NCBI GenBank assembly: GCA_030704615.1 | Contig: CM060731.1 | Location: 15,376,001-15,440,000 of the forward strand | DNA from: Takakia lepidozioides | Taxonomy: Eukaryota; Plantae; Bryophyta | Length of the DNA stretch: 64,000 nt | Reading direction: 5' to 3' | Shown: one piece after another, positions 49,499 through 62,829 of the stretch | How the letters are laid out: every line of letters starts with the position of its first letter | How positions within the stretch are numbered: the stretch's first letter is position 1 | The notes under the pieces: model-generated | Told to the model about the DNA's origin: nothing | Seen by the model: only the letters and a program-made list of their open reading frames with translations | Databases searched by the model: none | Program-made: the position numbers and the translations under genes

Positions 49499-52400
49499 AT
49501 GGCCGAGGCACAGTCCAGACGAAATAACATGTTGAAGGAGAAAGTGGTGGTGCTTGAATACAAAATCAATCGCCTGGGTTTGTTCCCTTATCCGTCCTTC
49601 CTTCCGATTCTTCCCACGATATTGTATAGTGAAAATCGTGCATCGCTTGGGCTCTCTGCCATGTATATCACACATGGGCACCACTACATATTGGTTGAAT
49701 TGGAAATTACTAGGCAATCTACGGGTTCGCCACTTTAGGCTGAGCATAAGGTCCGGATGTAGACCTGCCCAGGTCTACCTTGGAACGTAGACCTATCTCT
49801 CAAAGATGAATTGTACTTGCAACATCTAGGAATCATATGCTGGGTCACAATGCACTCCTTCTGCGGTAGTTCATAATTGCTATGCAGGTTCCCTACCAAA
49901 ATTTCAGATCTTCATTTTTCCCAGGCTACTGACGTACTTACAGGACGGACAGGGATCAAATAACTAAAATTTGTTTAGCCATTCTAGATCCATGCATGCT
50001 TGGCCAGCCACAAATTTTGGAGGATCATCCCAGTTGAAGTAGTGGGGGACGGTCGAATTTCAGTCGATCAAGAAGCTCAGCCTGGCCTAAAAGTCACTTG
50101 AATTGCATGAAATTAAGCCCAAGGCCGAGGGCATTTTGAGTCTTGCTTGCTAGAAATAAAATCAAAGTGGTCAGGTAGTAATTCACTTAATAACCACATC
50201 TACATGATGTAAATTCCTGTTTTTCTCTCCATCGGCCCTTGGCATTTCTGGGATCCAATTGATATGTCCACTCTGGAAAACATAGTATAATGTATAATCC
50301 GTTAGCCTGTAAACTAATTTCAGAGCTGATTCTCCAGGGGTGCCAGATTGTTTCTGATAATCCAGATATCTACGTTTGATTATGCAAAGAGAAAAAAAGA
50401 AAGATGACTATCTAGAATCGTGTAGGTGCAGATTAAATGGAATAAAAGAGTAGACACATATTGAATGAGATGTACAGACCTGGCTGCTTCTTTGTACATA
50501 CAAGTTAGATCAGGAATTTAATAAATAATGCACTTAAAGACTAGTCTAAACAACGTCGAAATTCCTTCATAGACAGCCACCATCGCCGGGAGCATTGAAG
50601 AGATCTCGCATACATGATGAACACAAATATTCAATCCAGTCATGCAGAAGGTCTGGTGCCCGTGTGAGGGAGTGTCAAAGCCCGGGATAAAATCTCAATT
50701 TTACTTTAAGGGGCAGTAACTTTGGGCACCCATTGAGACGTAGCCTTTCTCATCTAGCGCTCCTGGCCAGAAACAAGATGAACTTAGGGGCTCCAGGGAA
50801 TGATATGATCCTAGTTGTTTACAGTATGGAGACATTGATCAAAGAAATTTGTGGGGAAATACGGTAAACAGGAGTGGTAGGAAGGGCATACTATGAGGCC
50901 TCACAGATCAAATTGCGGAGAAATCGGTATCTCATTCGAGCGGCACGAACCCAGAACATGCTGCTCCATTCTGCTCTCCAATTACTCCAACAAAAGGAAA
51001 TACAAGCCCGAAGAGAGGCAAGCAATCTGGGGGGGATGCGTAAGCAAGCGATGTCCCTTCGACAAGATTTCGATGAACAAAGAGGGAGGTCCATTGCCAA
51101 GCAACTCCAGGCAAGTGCTCCGGCTGTGCAGGCAGCCGAAGTGTAACTACTCTTGGTCGCTGCACGTAAATTACAAGGTTCAATATGTTAACTAGTCCAA
51201 CTATCTAGACCATGGGTCAACACAAACTGCTATTAGTTCACAGATCTCCTAGATTGCACAAATTCTCTCTCAAAAGAACCCCAAATAGGTCAGCAACATC
51301 TATATCTCAAGCTCTCTCAGGAGAGCTCTCTTAAATTATGATCAGGAATCAAATTCTTGGGGATATCTGATTATCTACACTGCTTTCTATATCATTGTTG
51401 TGACCTCCATAGTTTGTAACTTCCCAACACGTCTAGCTGCATGTAGTTCAAGGAAGGTCTTGACGGGTTGCAGTCTGGGAATTGATGTACGTCACGTATT
51501 TGGGTGAGGTCGACTACAGCTGCAAAAACAACTTACGAATACCAGGTCAGCAGAGATCGAATGTGCGGACCTTCTGGACCCCAATACACCTCAGCTTGTA
51601 CGCATTCGAGCCCTTGATGCTAAACTAGAGGCCCTTTATGCCAAAACCAAAGATACTCAGATCGTTGAGAAGCACTATGAGAGCCTGTTAATACCCATGC
51701 GAGATGAACGCACTCTCTATGCGTACCAGGTAATTACCTCTGAGCTGCCCTTCCGTTTTCTCTGAGTGCGAATCGTTAACGTTAGTATATATATATTTAA
51801 GAATGGTCCGAAGGCAAAGGAACGTGTATCCTACAGGGAGGATCAACCTTCTAGTTTTTTGAAAAACACATGCATCCATGTTGAAAAAATTCTCAATCGA
51901 GTAACGGCCAACAAGAGTTCAGCTGAAGAGGTCGAAAGAATTGAGACTTAATTATAGTTCGTGGATCCACACGGGTCAAAATCCATGAGAATGGAAGAGA
52001 CTTAAATTGTAGCCTTACTTGGGAAGTGAGAGCCCCGCAGAGAGGTCTTCTAAGCCTTCAATCCTTGTCGCCCATTGCAGCTGGACATGGTATCGAACAT
52101 AATAACGATAAAGAAAGGGGAGATCATGCAGCTTCATATGTTACATTTTGATGCGGTTCGCTCCCGCGATGCTGCGAAACGCGAGCTTGAAGATGTAGGT
52201 AAGATCTGTAGCCCAGATTAAATTCTGTTTGTAATGTATATTAAATGCATTCGGGGCATGTTTCGAAGTCCTAAATATTGGTCATTATCATCTATTCTTC
52301 AGCGGCCGTCCTTGTCCATGTCTACAAACTGTCTCAGCAAGTGTCGCCTGCTCTCACGGCCACTCAACACAAGGGCCATCTTTTTCCATGGCACCTGGCT

Positions 52401-55115
52401 GTGGGTTTCCTACTTAAAACGACATTTAGTGGAGATGAGAAATGCGGCCTCTAGGTTGACAGGAGGCCTCTACAGTAAACATCTTTGTTTGAACACCATT
52501 CTTTGCACTGTAAGCATAAAATTTTAGAGATGAGTGATTTCCGACGACGTGCATTACATAGCTTGGGTTAGACTTGGATCTCAGGTCAATAAGCTTTGCC
52601 CAGTGAGCTAGCCGTATGTTGACTACACGGCTTCATAACTTCATTTCGGTATCGGATCACACATTTTTGTACTCGGTGATACTATGAGTGGAATGTTCAA
52701 AGGGTGTGTGAATTGCGGTGGTTAGATAGCTCAGCCAAGCACGCGCGGTACAAAATTATGCATGTTCGAACTTGATATGATCTGAAATAGATGGATGTAG
52801 CGCTGAACTCCTAAGCATGACAAAATCGTCGTTCCGGGATTCGATTGAGAATTGATGTGGTGGTGTGTGCAGCTCTTGGCGAGCCTGTTTGGAGGGAAAA
52901 TGGTATGTCAAACTCCAACCCCACCCACTCGTGCGCAATATTTTTTTCTTAAACTTCGTGCAGAATACTGTAGTACTTAGAATTATGTGTACTCAGTGGT
53001 TTCTGTTAAGCAGCTATACATGGGATCTAGAGATTATAATGAATCGGATGGGTTCTGCACCAGAAGAGTGCCTTGATGTTGCCCAGTCCTGACACAGTCG
53101 ACTCTCGAGGGAGCTGTAGTCGACTTCACTCTAAGAGTCTTGACCCGTGGCCCAAACCATCGAAGCTCGTGGGTATGTTTCAAATGACTGTAATTGTGTC
53201 TCTGAGGGCGCAGGGGGGGATCAGTCCAGAAATGCAGAAAAGAATACTGGCAGCCATCAAAGAGATTAAGTCGGTCATGGGGGTAGGCAGCATGCGTGAG
53301 ATGTACAGCGAGTATGTGTTCCAGGAGAAGCAGTCCACGTACTTGGCCCAGATCTATGAAGAGCTTAAAATAACTCTTGCTCAACTTAAAAACGAAGCTC
53401 CCATTCCGGCAGCCTACAGGGTCAGGGCTCTCTATATCCCTGGATGTCGGTCCATTTCCCAACCAGCTCAATTCCTTGCATGTATTCTTATAACGGATAG
53501 GCCACATTGTGTTGATCAGAGAATTTTCAGGACAGACTGCAGGTCCACCTGGGATAGAATGTGGCCCCGTATGCTTTAGTACATGATATTAGTACCCAAG
53601 GTTTGAAGTTAGTTCCATCTGAAGACTAACACATATGATCACGCTGTGGTCACTGCCAACCGATTTACAATTGAGAGAAAGAGAAGAACCTAAGTTACAG
53701 CAGCTCAAAGAGGTTATGGGACAATGAAGAGCATGTTAGTGCAATCTGGGAAAGAAGCACTTCAAGGGGCCCCCAAAAAGCAGCCCCAAAACTACAATTT
53801 AACTTCAAGAGATTCTCGAAGACCTGTGCAGAAACTCGTAATCTAGCTCTAGAGAGAAGGGGCTCAACGAAATAGTGAGAAGAAAAGAAATTGTAGTCGA
53901 GGACCGCGAGAAAGAAAGATATTACGCCCGCGGGAGGGACCTCTCTGTGACACAGTATCTAACTACAAGAGCATTCGAACCATTTGAACAGAACGCCGAT
54001 CCTCGGATACAATGTTCATATTAAGGTTAGAGATCACCTTGTTGGAAAACAGGATAGAAGAGCTCTGTAAAATGACGGCTTATCAATTGCGGTGTCCCAA
54101 CAGAGGAAGAGCACGGTACGACTCCAGCAAGTGGATGGAATTGTGGAAAACACCAAGGACATTGTTCGCCGAGCATCTGTACAAGGACCGTCTAGCCAGA
54201 GACGGAACTCCTACCCATTGATCCTGATACTGGAAGGTACCAAAAAGCTGGTCGATAAGATCCACGAGGGCACACTCGTCATAGTAAGCACCTCTAGCCT
54301 TTCTGAGCTTAGAAACTATCAGTAGATTCATGAAGCGATCTTATGTCACTAGGTACATGTTCTCATCCTGATCATTCCCTGTGTTCATTTGTCCCGAGTC
54401 AGTTGTTCACTGCATCTTGAGTACTTTTTCAACCGCATCATGCTGCAATCTGTGGATTCGGGGGACATAATAGGAGGATGGAACAGTATCGGAAGAAAAG
54501 GCGGTTCTTGCAGATTGCGAGTCGAAGCTAGTCAGGTTGCTCAAGGTACTCCGAACTTCTCGCATGCATGTGCAACATCTTTTGCTGCTTCCATGGATAT
54601 TTTGTCGAAGTTGTAAACTCATTATAATGTGTCTTCCAAGACACTGAACTTGATAAAGAATGAATCCACTGCGGAAGAAGCTCAAGCCACCCGATCTCAA
54701 CGTCCTTATGTATGTACTTTGGACTTTTCTGTCCAAAGTCTTGAAGCCTCCCACTGTCGTATATATGGGTTTCAAGCGCGCTATTGCCTCATTGTCGACA
54801 CAAGCACTTCAGCTTCAATCTCCTTGAATCTCTTCAACACTGGAAGGTCTAGAAGATTTACTGAAGTTGCCCATCCAGTCTCTTGAGATCTATAAGTGTC
54901 AAATAAACATTTTGTTGGATTCACAGGGACTTGAGAGGAAGATGAAGCATCTCAAGATCTTGGAAGGGATGCAACAAGCGGCGGAGGAGGCCAGAAAGAA
55001 AGAGCAAGAGGAGGAGGCAGCAGAGGACGCTGCAACTCATGAGAAACAACTCAAATATGAGGCGGCTGCAGCAGCAGCAGCAGCTTCAAAGGGAGAAGGC
55101 AAGGCTAAGAAATAG
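49499..55115 (+). CDS. Coiled-coil protein similar to outer dynein arm docking complex DC1/ODAD3 (CCDC151) family
   Basis: Phase-consistent exons 49499-49577, 50872-51110 (GC donor), 51520-51729, 52081-52194, ~53215-53420 and ~54927-55115. Other middle exons are unresolved. IRALDAKLEALYAK..HYESLLIPMRDER and AIKEIKSVMGVGSMREMY resemble recalled family motifs (LENRLDKAMIK..YEQI..L.EER; AF.KIKEATGV.D..E). Confidence 0.6.
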
Positions 55116-56657
55116 TAAATTAATAGGGCTCCCTGCTGTGGCAATAGTAGTGTATTCAATGCAAACATTCCTCTAGAAGGATGGCGTCGAACAGGCCTTC
55201 CAATCAATGTCATGTCTGCATCCACCTTGCACACTGAATTCCAGGCCGGGCAGCTGGCACATTTTGCAATGACAAATGCTTTGGAAAATCAGTCAGCTTT
55301 TGAGCTTTTGGATTGAAGGATCGGTTTTAATCAATGTGCTGAGCTTGTTACTAGAGGTGTGCATGAATTCCAACTCCCTCCGAGTGGCAATCCGTGGCAT
55401 GACATACAGAAAATCTAGTTGCATGTCTGTCTCTTACACTTTTCTGAACATTAAATACCGGCCGCTTTGCCAGAGGGCCATCTATAAAGCCAGAAGGATA
55501 TCCAAGCAGCACCATGGCAGGTGCACTACCGTATGTTTAAAATACAGGTCAGTTCATGATGGCCTTCGAGCTCATCAGCTGTCCTCATAGTTAAAGTGTA
55601 TACCAGTGATATTCTGAGGCAACAGCCTTCTTCAACAAATCTATACATAAACTTTGTCAGCTCATAAATCATGTTTCAGCTAGAAGTCCTGAAAGGTAGA
55701 AAGTGGGTCATCACACAGTCAAGATTTCAATTAAAGGGAAGCAATGACAACATTCCATGGAAACTGTCCAAGCATGTCGGCTGTCTTGACGGAGGCCCCC
55801 AAAACTAACAAAGAGGATCGATTGTCAGTCGTTTGGCAAAGCAATGGTGTGCGGCTGTCTCTCTTGGAGGGTTCCCTTTGCCCTCATCCAGAAACTCGCC
55901 ATGCCCCCCCTGCTCTTAGTACTACTGGAACCTGTGTTTGTGCAGCAACCAGAAAACATCCATCAACGGGGCTCGCAAAAAGGAAAAAATGAAAGATGCT
56001 GGCAAGCCGGTTGACGACAGACAACCGTGTGGAGCTGAAGAAGAGTAAGCAGTACAACAGGCAGCTCAGTAATCAATCTCCTTCAAAATTTTAAAGCTAG
56101 CTAGGCTTGACGCAAACTCTTTGAGGAGTCTGCCATCACGGGTGGAAATGTCATGTTTAGAAGGAAACTAGTGCCCACTCCACCTGCACTGGAATCTGGC
56201 CTGCCCCTCAGTAAACTCAATCATGTATCGGAAGCACAGACAAAACCCAAGCTCAGGCATATCTCAATGTATCGGAAGCTGCAATCGTGCAGCAATCCTT
56301 GTGATTTTATTTTCCAGTGTATAAGAGTAACAATGAGTTTTCCTAGCTGCAAAATTGAGATGTCCCTGTTTCATAGTACAAGTACCCACCAATGTGGCAG
56401 GGGTTTGTCAAGCGGGAAATGTTTCCCGGAAGGAGGGTCCAACTATACTCATGTAAACTGTGTGAGAAGGCCCTGAAACTTTTAAGTTCTAGAGTAATTT
56501 CAGAAGGGCCTACATTGGTGTACGACCAAGTAAACTATGCCTCACTAGACTATAAAAGGACACTCGCAGCCTCATCTCATGAAAAATTGGTGAATCCCTT
56601 CTGAAAAAATGTTCAGCAGGAGCATGAATAGTTGTAGAGTAGGAGAGTTTCCCAATC

Positions 56658-57677
56658 TCAGGGCAAGGTTTGGCAGGCAAGGGTGGTGGGATTCCAGAGG
56701 GCTGGCAGGAGGAATTTCCGGCCATGGATACCATAAGAATTGAAGCTGGCCCCCGCAGTGTCGGTCTGGAGCTGTCCAGGATATCCTGGATAAGATCCTG
56801 CGCCAAACGCACCCTGGCAAGCCGTCGCTGCCTCCAAAGGAAAGCTTGCATCCCCCTGGAAATATGCATTGCCGAACGGATTTGTGGCAGTCCCCGCAAG
56901 CATGGTGGCTATGTTAATAATCATCCCGTCCACACCCACGTCGCCATTTGGGGCCTTCAGCGGGGTTTGCTCTGGCGCTCCGGGGAAGGAAGGTGCAGCA
57001 AATGGCCAAGCACACTGTCCGTGACACTGACCACCTGCATTACCCACCCATGCATATGGCAACGGATGCTCCTGCGTAGCTTTGCTGGCAGCGACGTAAG
57101 CATGGGAGCCACACGCCGACGCGCAGAAGCCTTCCACATACACATTGTCTGCTGTAAGAACCAAGTAAATTGCATTTGGATTAGCAGGGAACAATCGCAA
57201 CGATCGGGTCACCAGCGACTCGATGTCGACCATCTTGAGGTTCAATCCCAACGAGGAGCGTCGATCAGAAACCTGACCCGCAAGCTTCAGTGCCGGCGCC
57301 ACACCTTGCCCTTTCAAATCCTTGTAGTCCCCAGTGATCTTCCACCAGCTGCTCACAGATGGACTCCCTTGGCCACTTTGTTGCACCTTTGTGGGTGCGA
57401 AAGACGCCAGAAAATCGGTGATAGTGGTCTTCTGGGCCTTCGAGAACCGCCCATACCAAGTGATGTAGACAGGGATGCCACTGCTCCCAAGAACCTGTCC
57501 ATTGTGGTAAGGCAACACCAGTGGGGCAGTCTCCACCAACTTCAATATCCTACCTTCCACTTCACCACTACCTCTATGAGGACGCACAATGCCTGCTTTT
57601 ACGTGCACCGTCAGCACTGAGCAGGTCACCAATACTGCCATCCACATTGCAGCAAGATCCCTACGAGACAACGCCAT
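56658..57677 (-). CDS. EXORDIUM / phosphate-induced protein 1 (PHI-1) family secreted protein
   Basis: Single exon with signal peptide. LPYHNG, WYGRF, SVSSWW, VEGFC..CGSH, YAWVGN, CAWPF, PNGDVGVDGM, TNPFGN and PGYPG motifs. Confidence 0.96.
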   Translation of the reverse strand: MALSRRDLAAMWMAVLVTCSVLTVHVKAGIVRPHRGSGEVEGRILKLVETAPLVLPYHNGQVLGSSGIPVYITWYGRFSKAQKTTITDFLASFAPTKVQQSGQGSPSVSSWWKITGDYKDLKGQGVAPALKLAGQVSDRRSSLGLNLKMVDIESLVTRSLRLFPANPNAIYLVLTADNVYVEGFCASACGSHAYVAASKATQEHPLPYAWVGNAGGQCHGQCAWPFAAPSFPGAPEQTPLKAPNGDVGVDGMIINIATMLAGTATNPFGNAYFQGDASFPLEAATACQGAFGAGSYPGYPGQLQTDTAGASFNSYGIHGRKFLLPALWNPTTLACQTLP

Positions 57678-57717
57678 CGCGTAAACACTAGATAAATCAG
57701 ACAAGCTACAAACGTTC

Positions 57718-58022
57718 TCGACACGAAGAGAGAGAAAGAGCTAGCAAGAAACTAAAATGCACTCCACTGGGTCAGCAAGAAGAACCACACTATTTCTACA
57801 GAAAATTGCAAGGTCCGATGCTGGAGGAAGCTGCAAACTGCAAACAAGCTTGTAGATTTCTGAGGATTTCGACACGAAGAGAGAGAAAGAGCTAGCAAGA
57901 AACTAAAATGCACTCCACTGGGGCAGCAAGAAGAACCCCACTATATCTACAGAAAATTGCAAGGTCCGATGCTGGAGGAAGTTGCAAACTGCAAACAAGC
58001 TTGAAAATTTCTGAGGATTTCG
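57718..58022. repeat. ~151-bp tandem duplication just upstream of the EXORDIUM start
   Basis: tcgacacgaagagagagaaagagctagcaagaaactaaaatgcactccactggg begins at 57718 and 57869. Confidence 0.93.
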
Positions 58023-58523
58023 ACAAAAAAAACAAAGCGGAACAGTGCTGGTGAGTGAGAAAGAGTTGGTGTGAGCGAGGACATGAGAATTTGGGAGCGG
58101 GAGGGAGTTCAAGTAGCTGCGGGGCGGCCATCGAGGACGCCTCCGCGTTGGCAGCTTGCAGAGCATGCGCTGGCTTGACCCCTCTGTCACTTCCCCCCAA
58201 CTGCCCTCCGCCTCTTCGAATGTCCTGGCTCTTACCTGGCTTCCATGGGGATGCATGCCCCACCATGGGCCATGCATGCCAGCCCGTTAAAAATATCTCT
58301 TTCCCCAGTAAACAGAGCCATGCTAAACCCCGGTCGATGCATGGGGATATTGCCATGATCCATGCCTGCATACATGATGGGCATGGCCGCATACCTGGCA
58401 TATAGCTGGCCAACTGGCAGAGCCATACGGTACGTATCCCTTAAGTTGATACGCACCGTTTCTTAAAAAGGGTACCTACCTACCTAGGCAGATACCAGTA
58501 TCGTGGTGGTAAATCATTTACTT

Positions 58524-58587
58524 GAGCAGGTAGCCGAGTGGTTGGGTATATGTGCCATAACGTGGGTGATCCTGGGTTCAATCCTTC
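58524..58587 (+). other. tRNA-derived relic / SINE head
   Basis: A-box tagccgagtgg and B-box ggttcaatcc at tRNA-like spacing. No complete cloverleaf. Confidence 0.45.
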
Positions 58588-59200
58588 AATATGTGCCTTC
58601 AACCGTCCATTGGCCCCTTGATGGGCTGTGTGTTGAGCAGTAGGCTCTGTAAATTCACGGGATGTTAAAGAAGCGGAGGTCCCTTGTCCCTTCTTTTTCT
58701 TCAGACCTAGACCTACATACTGCTACATACATGCTCCTATAATCAGCCCTACTACTCCACCCAAAATGACTACCTCAACCCTTAAGGGCCGCCATTAGGC
58801 AAATTTTACCCCCCAAAAAAGTGACATATTACGAGTTAATTGAGGCTACACACCACCGGTACTGCTACACATCCCACCTTGTTACATCCAAAAAAATGAA
58901 CCTTACCGGATTCACGTTGGCTAGCATGTACAGAATTTACAAAAGTCACCACCGGAGTGAGCCCAACTATGGGCCAATTATGTCTTGCCACATAGACAGT
59001 CAACTCTACATGGCCCCTCCTGCATGCTCCAGTTTAGGTTTTAGGATTTACATAGGGTTCATGACCCTTGCGATTTCTAAAGAATCTGACTACCCGGATC
59101 CGTGTTCAAAAGCCCGGTTCCTTAACAAGGCACTACCTGTACAATATTGGTATTGACTTGGGTATTGCAAGTGCCAATACAAGGGGTTCCAGTTCTTAAC

Positions 59201-59504
59201 CACAGTTGGGCGATTATTTGATTTTTTTCATAACCGGCGGTTCCGGTTGCATCAAAATTTTGGAAACTAATAACCAGCGGTTGCTTTTACTAAAAATTTT
59301 ATGGCTACGGTTACTTGCAAAAACCCCAAATAACCGTGGGTGGGCGGTTCTTTAAAAGGTTCTTTGCTCCGGTATTTGAATGAGACCTCCGCCGGTTCCT
59401 AACTGGACCGGTTACTTCATTTTTTCACCTCCACCGGTCATATCTATATATAACCGGATAGGTAACAGCCGGATGTTAGAAATTTAAATAACAGCCCAAC
59501 ATTG
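59201..59504. mobile_element. hAT-type MITE (304 bp)
   Basis: Imperfect TIR cacagttgggcgattattt / aaataacagcccaacattg. TSD ttcttaac/ttcttaat. Multiple accgg/cggtt motifs. Confidence 0.7.
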
Positions 59505-60093
59505 TTCTTAATACTAGTACTACAAAAGTAGATACTTTATACCGCCCCCTGGGTTCTTTAATACCCTGGTTGATAAATGTCCAGAGTCCAGACGTCAGAC
59601 CCTATACCAGGTATCTACAGTACGAATGGAATATACCATACACTTTGGCCTATGGCCTCGATGGAAGCGCTTTCAAATTGATTAGTTTTTTATTCAACAT
59701 CTCAATATTTCCAATCTCATCTTGTGAACTTATGTCTAATGTCAAATATGTCTTATGTCAAATGTTTGCCCTAACGATGTGCGGCATACATTTATCCCCC
59801 ACATCACAAGAAAAATGTCATGTTTTGCGGTCTACTGACAATTCTCTTATATCTACCCTAAAAAGTAGTGTGTCTAATTGTCTAATTGCCCCCATCCTTG
59901 GTTGCATCATAAACAAGGCCATAGCACTGAACAATTTTGACATGTTGCCAGACGTTGAGTTTTTTCAAGGTGATGTGGCCAGTCACTTCTACACCAGTAT
60001 GATTTGTCTTGCCATATGAGCATCTTATTGTAAATTGAAGTCGCCACATGGGCTACCTAGCCCCATTTTTTCGAAAACCTGTGAGACATATAA

Positions 60094-60355
60094 GGGCCGC
60101 ATTACACTAGAGGCTTTTTCTTGGGCTGGCCCAAGAAGTGGGCGCCAAAATTTGTCCCATGTAGGTGCCATGTAGGCAAATGACCCACTTCCATTTTCTT
60201 GGGCTCTCGCCGTAGTGTAAAGCCATTGAGCCCAATTTTCAGGCCTCCGCCAATGGGAACGCTCCATTCTCACTCGGTCATGGGCTTGGGTCCTAATGTA
60301 AAGCGGCCTTACCATTAGCCCCAGAGGAATATTAGTATGTAGTGTAAAGCGGCCC
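60094..60355. mobile_element. PIF/Harbinger (Tourist-like) MITE (262 bp)
   Basis: TAA TSD. TIR gggccgcattacacta / tagtgtaaagcggccc (15/16). Confidence 0.85.
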
Positions 60356-61174
60356 TAAATACTTTACCATTACCCCTAGAGGAATATGTAGAGCAGTTTC
60401 ATTAGGGCTGATTCCAGAGTGGTCCAGGAATCCCCGGGAATTAGAGTGGGGCACTTATGTAGGAAGGCCAAATCCCTATATTAAGGAATGAGATGAGGGG
60501 GTCCAAAAAAAGAAGGGAGGAATTGGCCAAATTTAGAATTGGGAGTCTTTAGGGTTGACATGTGTCCAGGGCCTACTAGAAGGGTCCCACCGTGGCACCC
60601 TCAGGGGGTATATAAGGGAACCCCCCTCTTACTACCTACTAACTTACTACTTACTAAATTAGTAAATAGTGGGCTCTGCAAAGGCAGGGCCACTAAAAAA
60701 ACACAGCAAACATGAATCAATTAATCAATAGAAACCACAATACCCAGAAGGTAGACAAAATCTATTTACCAGAACAATACTGAAGGTTAGTAGGCACTGG
60801 ATGCAAGGGTATTTAAGAAACACAGATAAGTTTCCTTTTTAAAGCAGAGGAGGTGCTGGGCCTTCCACAACCAACAACCCCACAACTGACAATATGCAAT
60901 AGACATTATGGCAGGATTATGAGGCAGCACAGTACACAGTGCAACTAAGTTCACTGGTGATGAACCAGTTACATTTAAGAATGTGAATTCCCAAGCAAAG
61001 ATGTATTAAAATCCCTTACCAAAGCTCATCACTGCAAAAATAAGGCATGTACACTGTGCCATTACAAGAGTCATTCTGGCAGTACACACCACTATAACTA
61101 AAAACAAACTCTTGAATGTAACCGAGGCTTGGAATGACCGTCGGTAGTCTACCACTGACAGAAAAACCATATCC

Positions 61175-62634
61175 TCACTTGAAGCACTTGGCCTCCAAAA
61201 GCTTTTCACCATTGATTTCATCGGGCTCCTCGAAGTAGGCATTCACCAGTGCTTTCTGTGCCTCGTCAGTGATATCCACTTTCTTCCACTCATAGAGCTC
61301 TACATCGTAGCATTCATCTTTCACCATTTGTGGCATCTCCGTTCCCCTGGTCAAGTCTCTTCAAAAATGAGTCCATTGAAAGGATTTAAGATTTTTGTGA
61401 AACAGCACCTGATGCCAGCTACTTAGAGAGCAGCGAGAGAACTTAGAGACAATGTCCTACTGGCAAACAAAACACAGGCAACAAATTACACACCTGAAAA
61501 GCCACACCCCCTTGATCTTGTAAGGGGCAGCGTCACCTAGGATGCACATTTTGCTGAAGGCATGCTTGCGGATAAAATCCATCCGTTGCAAGAATCCACC
61601 AACTTTATTCATCGTCACAAATGTCACTTCATTCTCTTCATTGAATTTGTAATCGCAAAACCACAGAGAGTAGCCTTCAGGATCGTACATCTCCCAAAAG
61701 CCTGCGAATAACCCCAAGACCAATTTTTAGTCCATGACTCTCTTGTCTAGCAACAACAGAAACCCACTATGCCGCATAGTCCGTAACTCAACAAACACAC
61801 CACATCTGGCAAGGGCAATAAACTAAAACAGGCATTCACTCACCACTAATTGCCAAGTGAAAGTCCTTGGCCTTGGTGTTTGAGTAGAGACGCTTCCAAT
61901 TGTCCATAACCATTGGACTAGGAGGTAGCAAATCAAGGGGATTCTTTGATTTCTTCACAGGGGCCTCCTCATCAGCTGGCACATCCACCTCTGCAGGCTT
62001 AGGGGCAGGCTTGGGGCCAGGCTCAGTAGCTTTGGGGGTAACTTTGGCAGCCTTGGGCACATCTTTGGGCACTTTATCATGCTTTTTCTCCTGTTGATAC
62101 AATGCGGGAATGATCTTCTGCCCAGGTGGAGGTGGCGGTCCCAGAGGCTTATCAGTTTGCTTAGCCTCGCCAATAACCTTCTTGAATTGTGGCTGGTTCA
62201 CAAGGGTCCAAAAGTATCTTTCCAAGTGTGGATAGTCTGAAGTGAATTCCTTCGTCATTGCAAGAGCAAATACGGAAATGAGATTGCACACAAGGATAAT
62301 ATCTGCAAGTGTCACTGAATGGCCAACCAGATAGGTCCGACTCAAAAGTACAGTGTCAAGTGTTGCAAGAGCCTTCTTGAAGTTTGTGAGGACATATTCC
62401 TCTGTCTGTGGAATGTAGTCAACCCCCACCACCAAGTTAGTCCCTGCCTCCAGCACTACCATCATTTACGACACCCCAGTCCTCTCCACAAAGGAGATAA
62501 CAAAAGACAAAAGGAAATGGGGGGACATTCACCTCTTCATTGAAGGGAGCAAAACCAAAATGAGGGGTTACCCATCTCGCGGCATTACTGTCAACCTCAA
62601 AGCTTGCAAAGTCAATCCATTGCTCAACCTGTGC
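61175..62634 (-). CDS. eEF1Bgamma: Translation elongation factor 1B-gamma, 3' exons (5' end outside window)
   Basis: Exons 62634-62533, 62405-61844, 61701-61494 and 61346-61175. AQVEQWIDF, TYLVGHSVTLAD, KNPLDLLPPS..DNWKRLYSN, FWEMYDPEGYSLW and LLEAKCFK*. Confidence 0.96.
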
Positions 62635-62659
62635 CTGCAACCCCATGCCATACCATCAA

Positions 62660-62703
<44 letters not shown>

Positions 62704-62829
62704 GAACGCGGCTGAAGTTCTTTGTAACAACACTCAAGAATTGACTGACCCCTCTGGCTTTCTCTCTATCCTGGCTAACTCCCACTCTTGGATTACTTGA
62801 TCCTGCTTTGTATGGCAACACAGAGAGTT

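Noticed and set aside
56670-57620. 316-aa plus-strand ORF
   Set aside because: It is the antisense shadow of the EXORDIUM CDS with no recognisable motifs.
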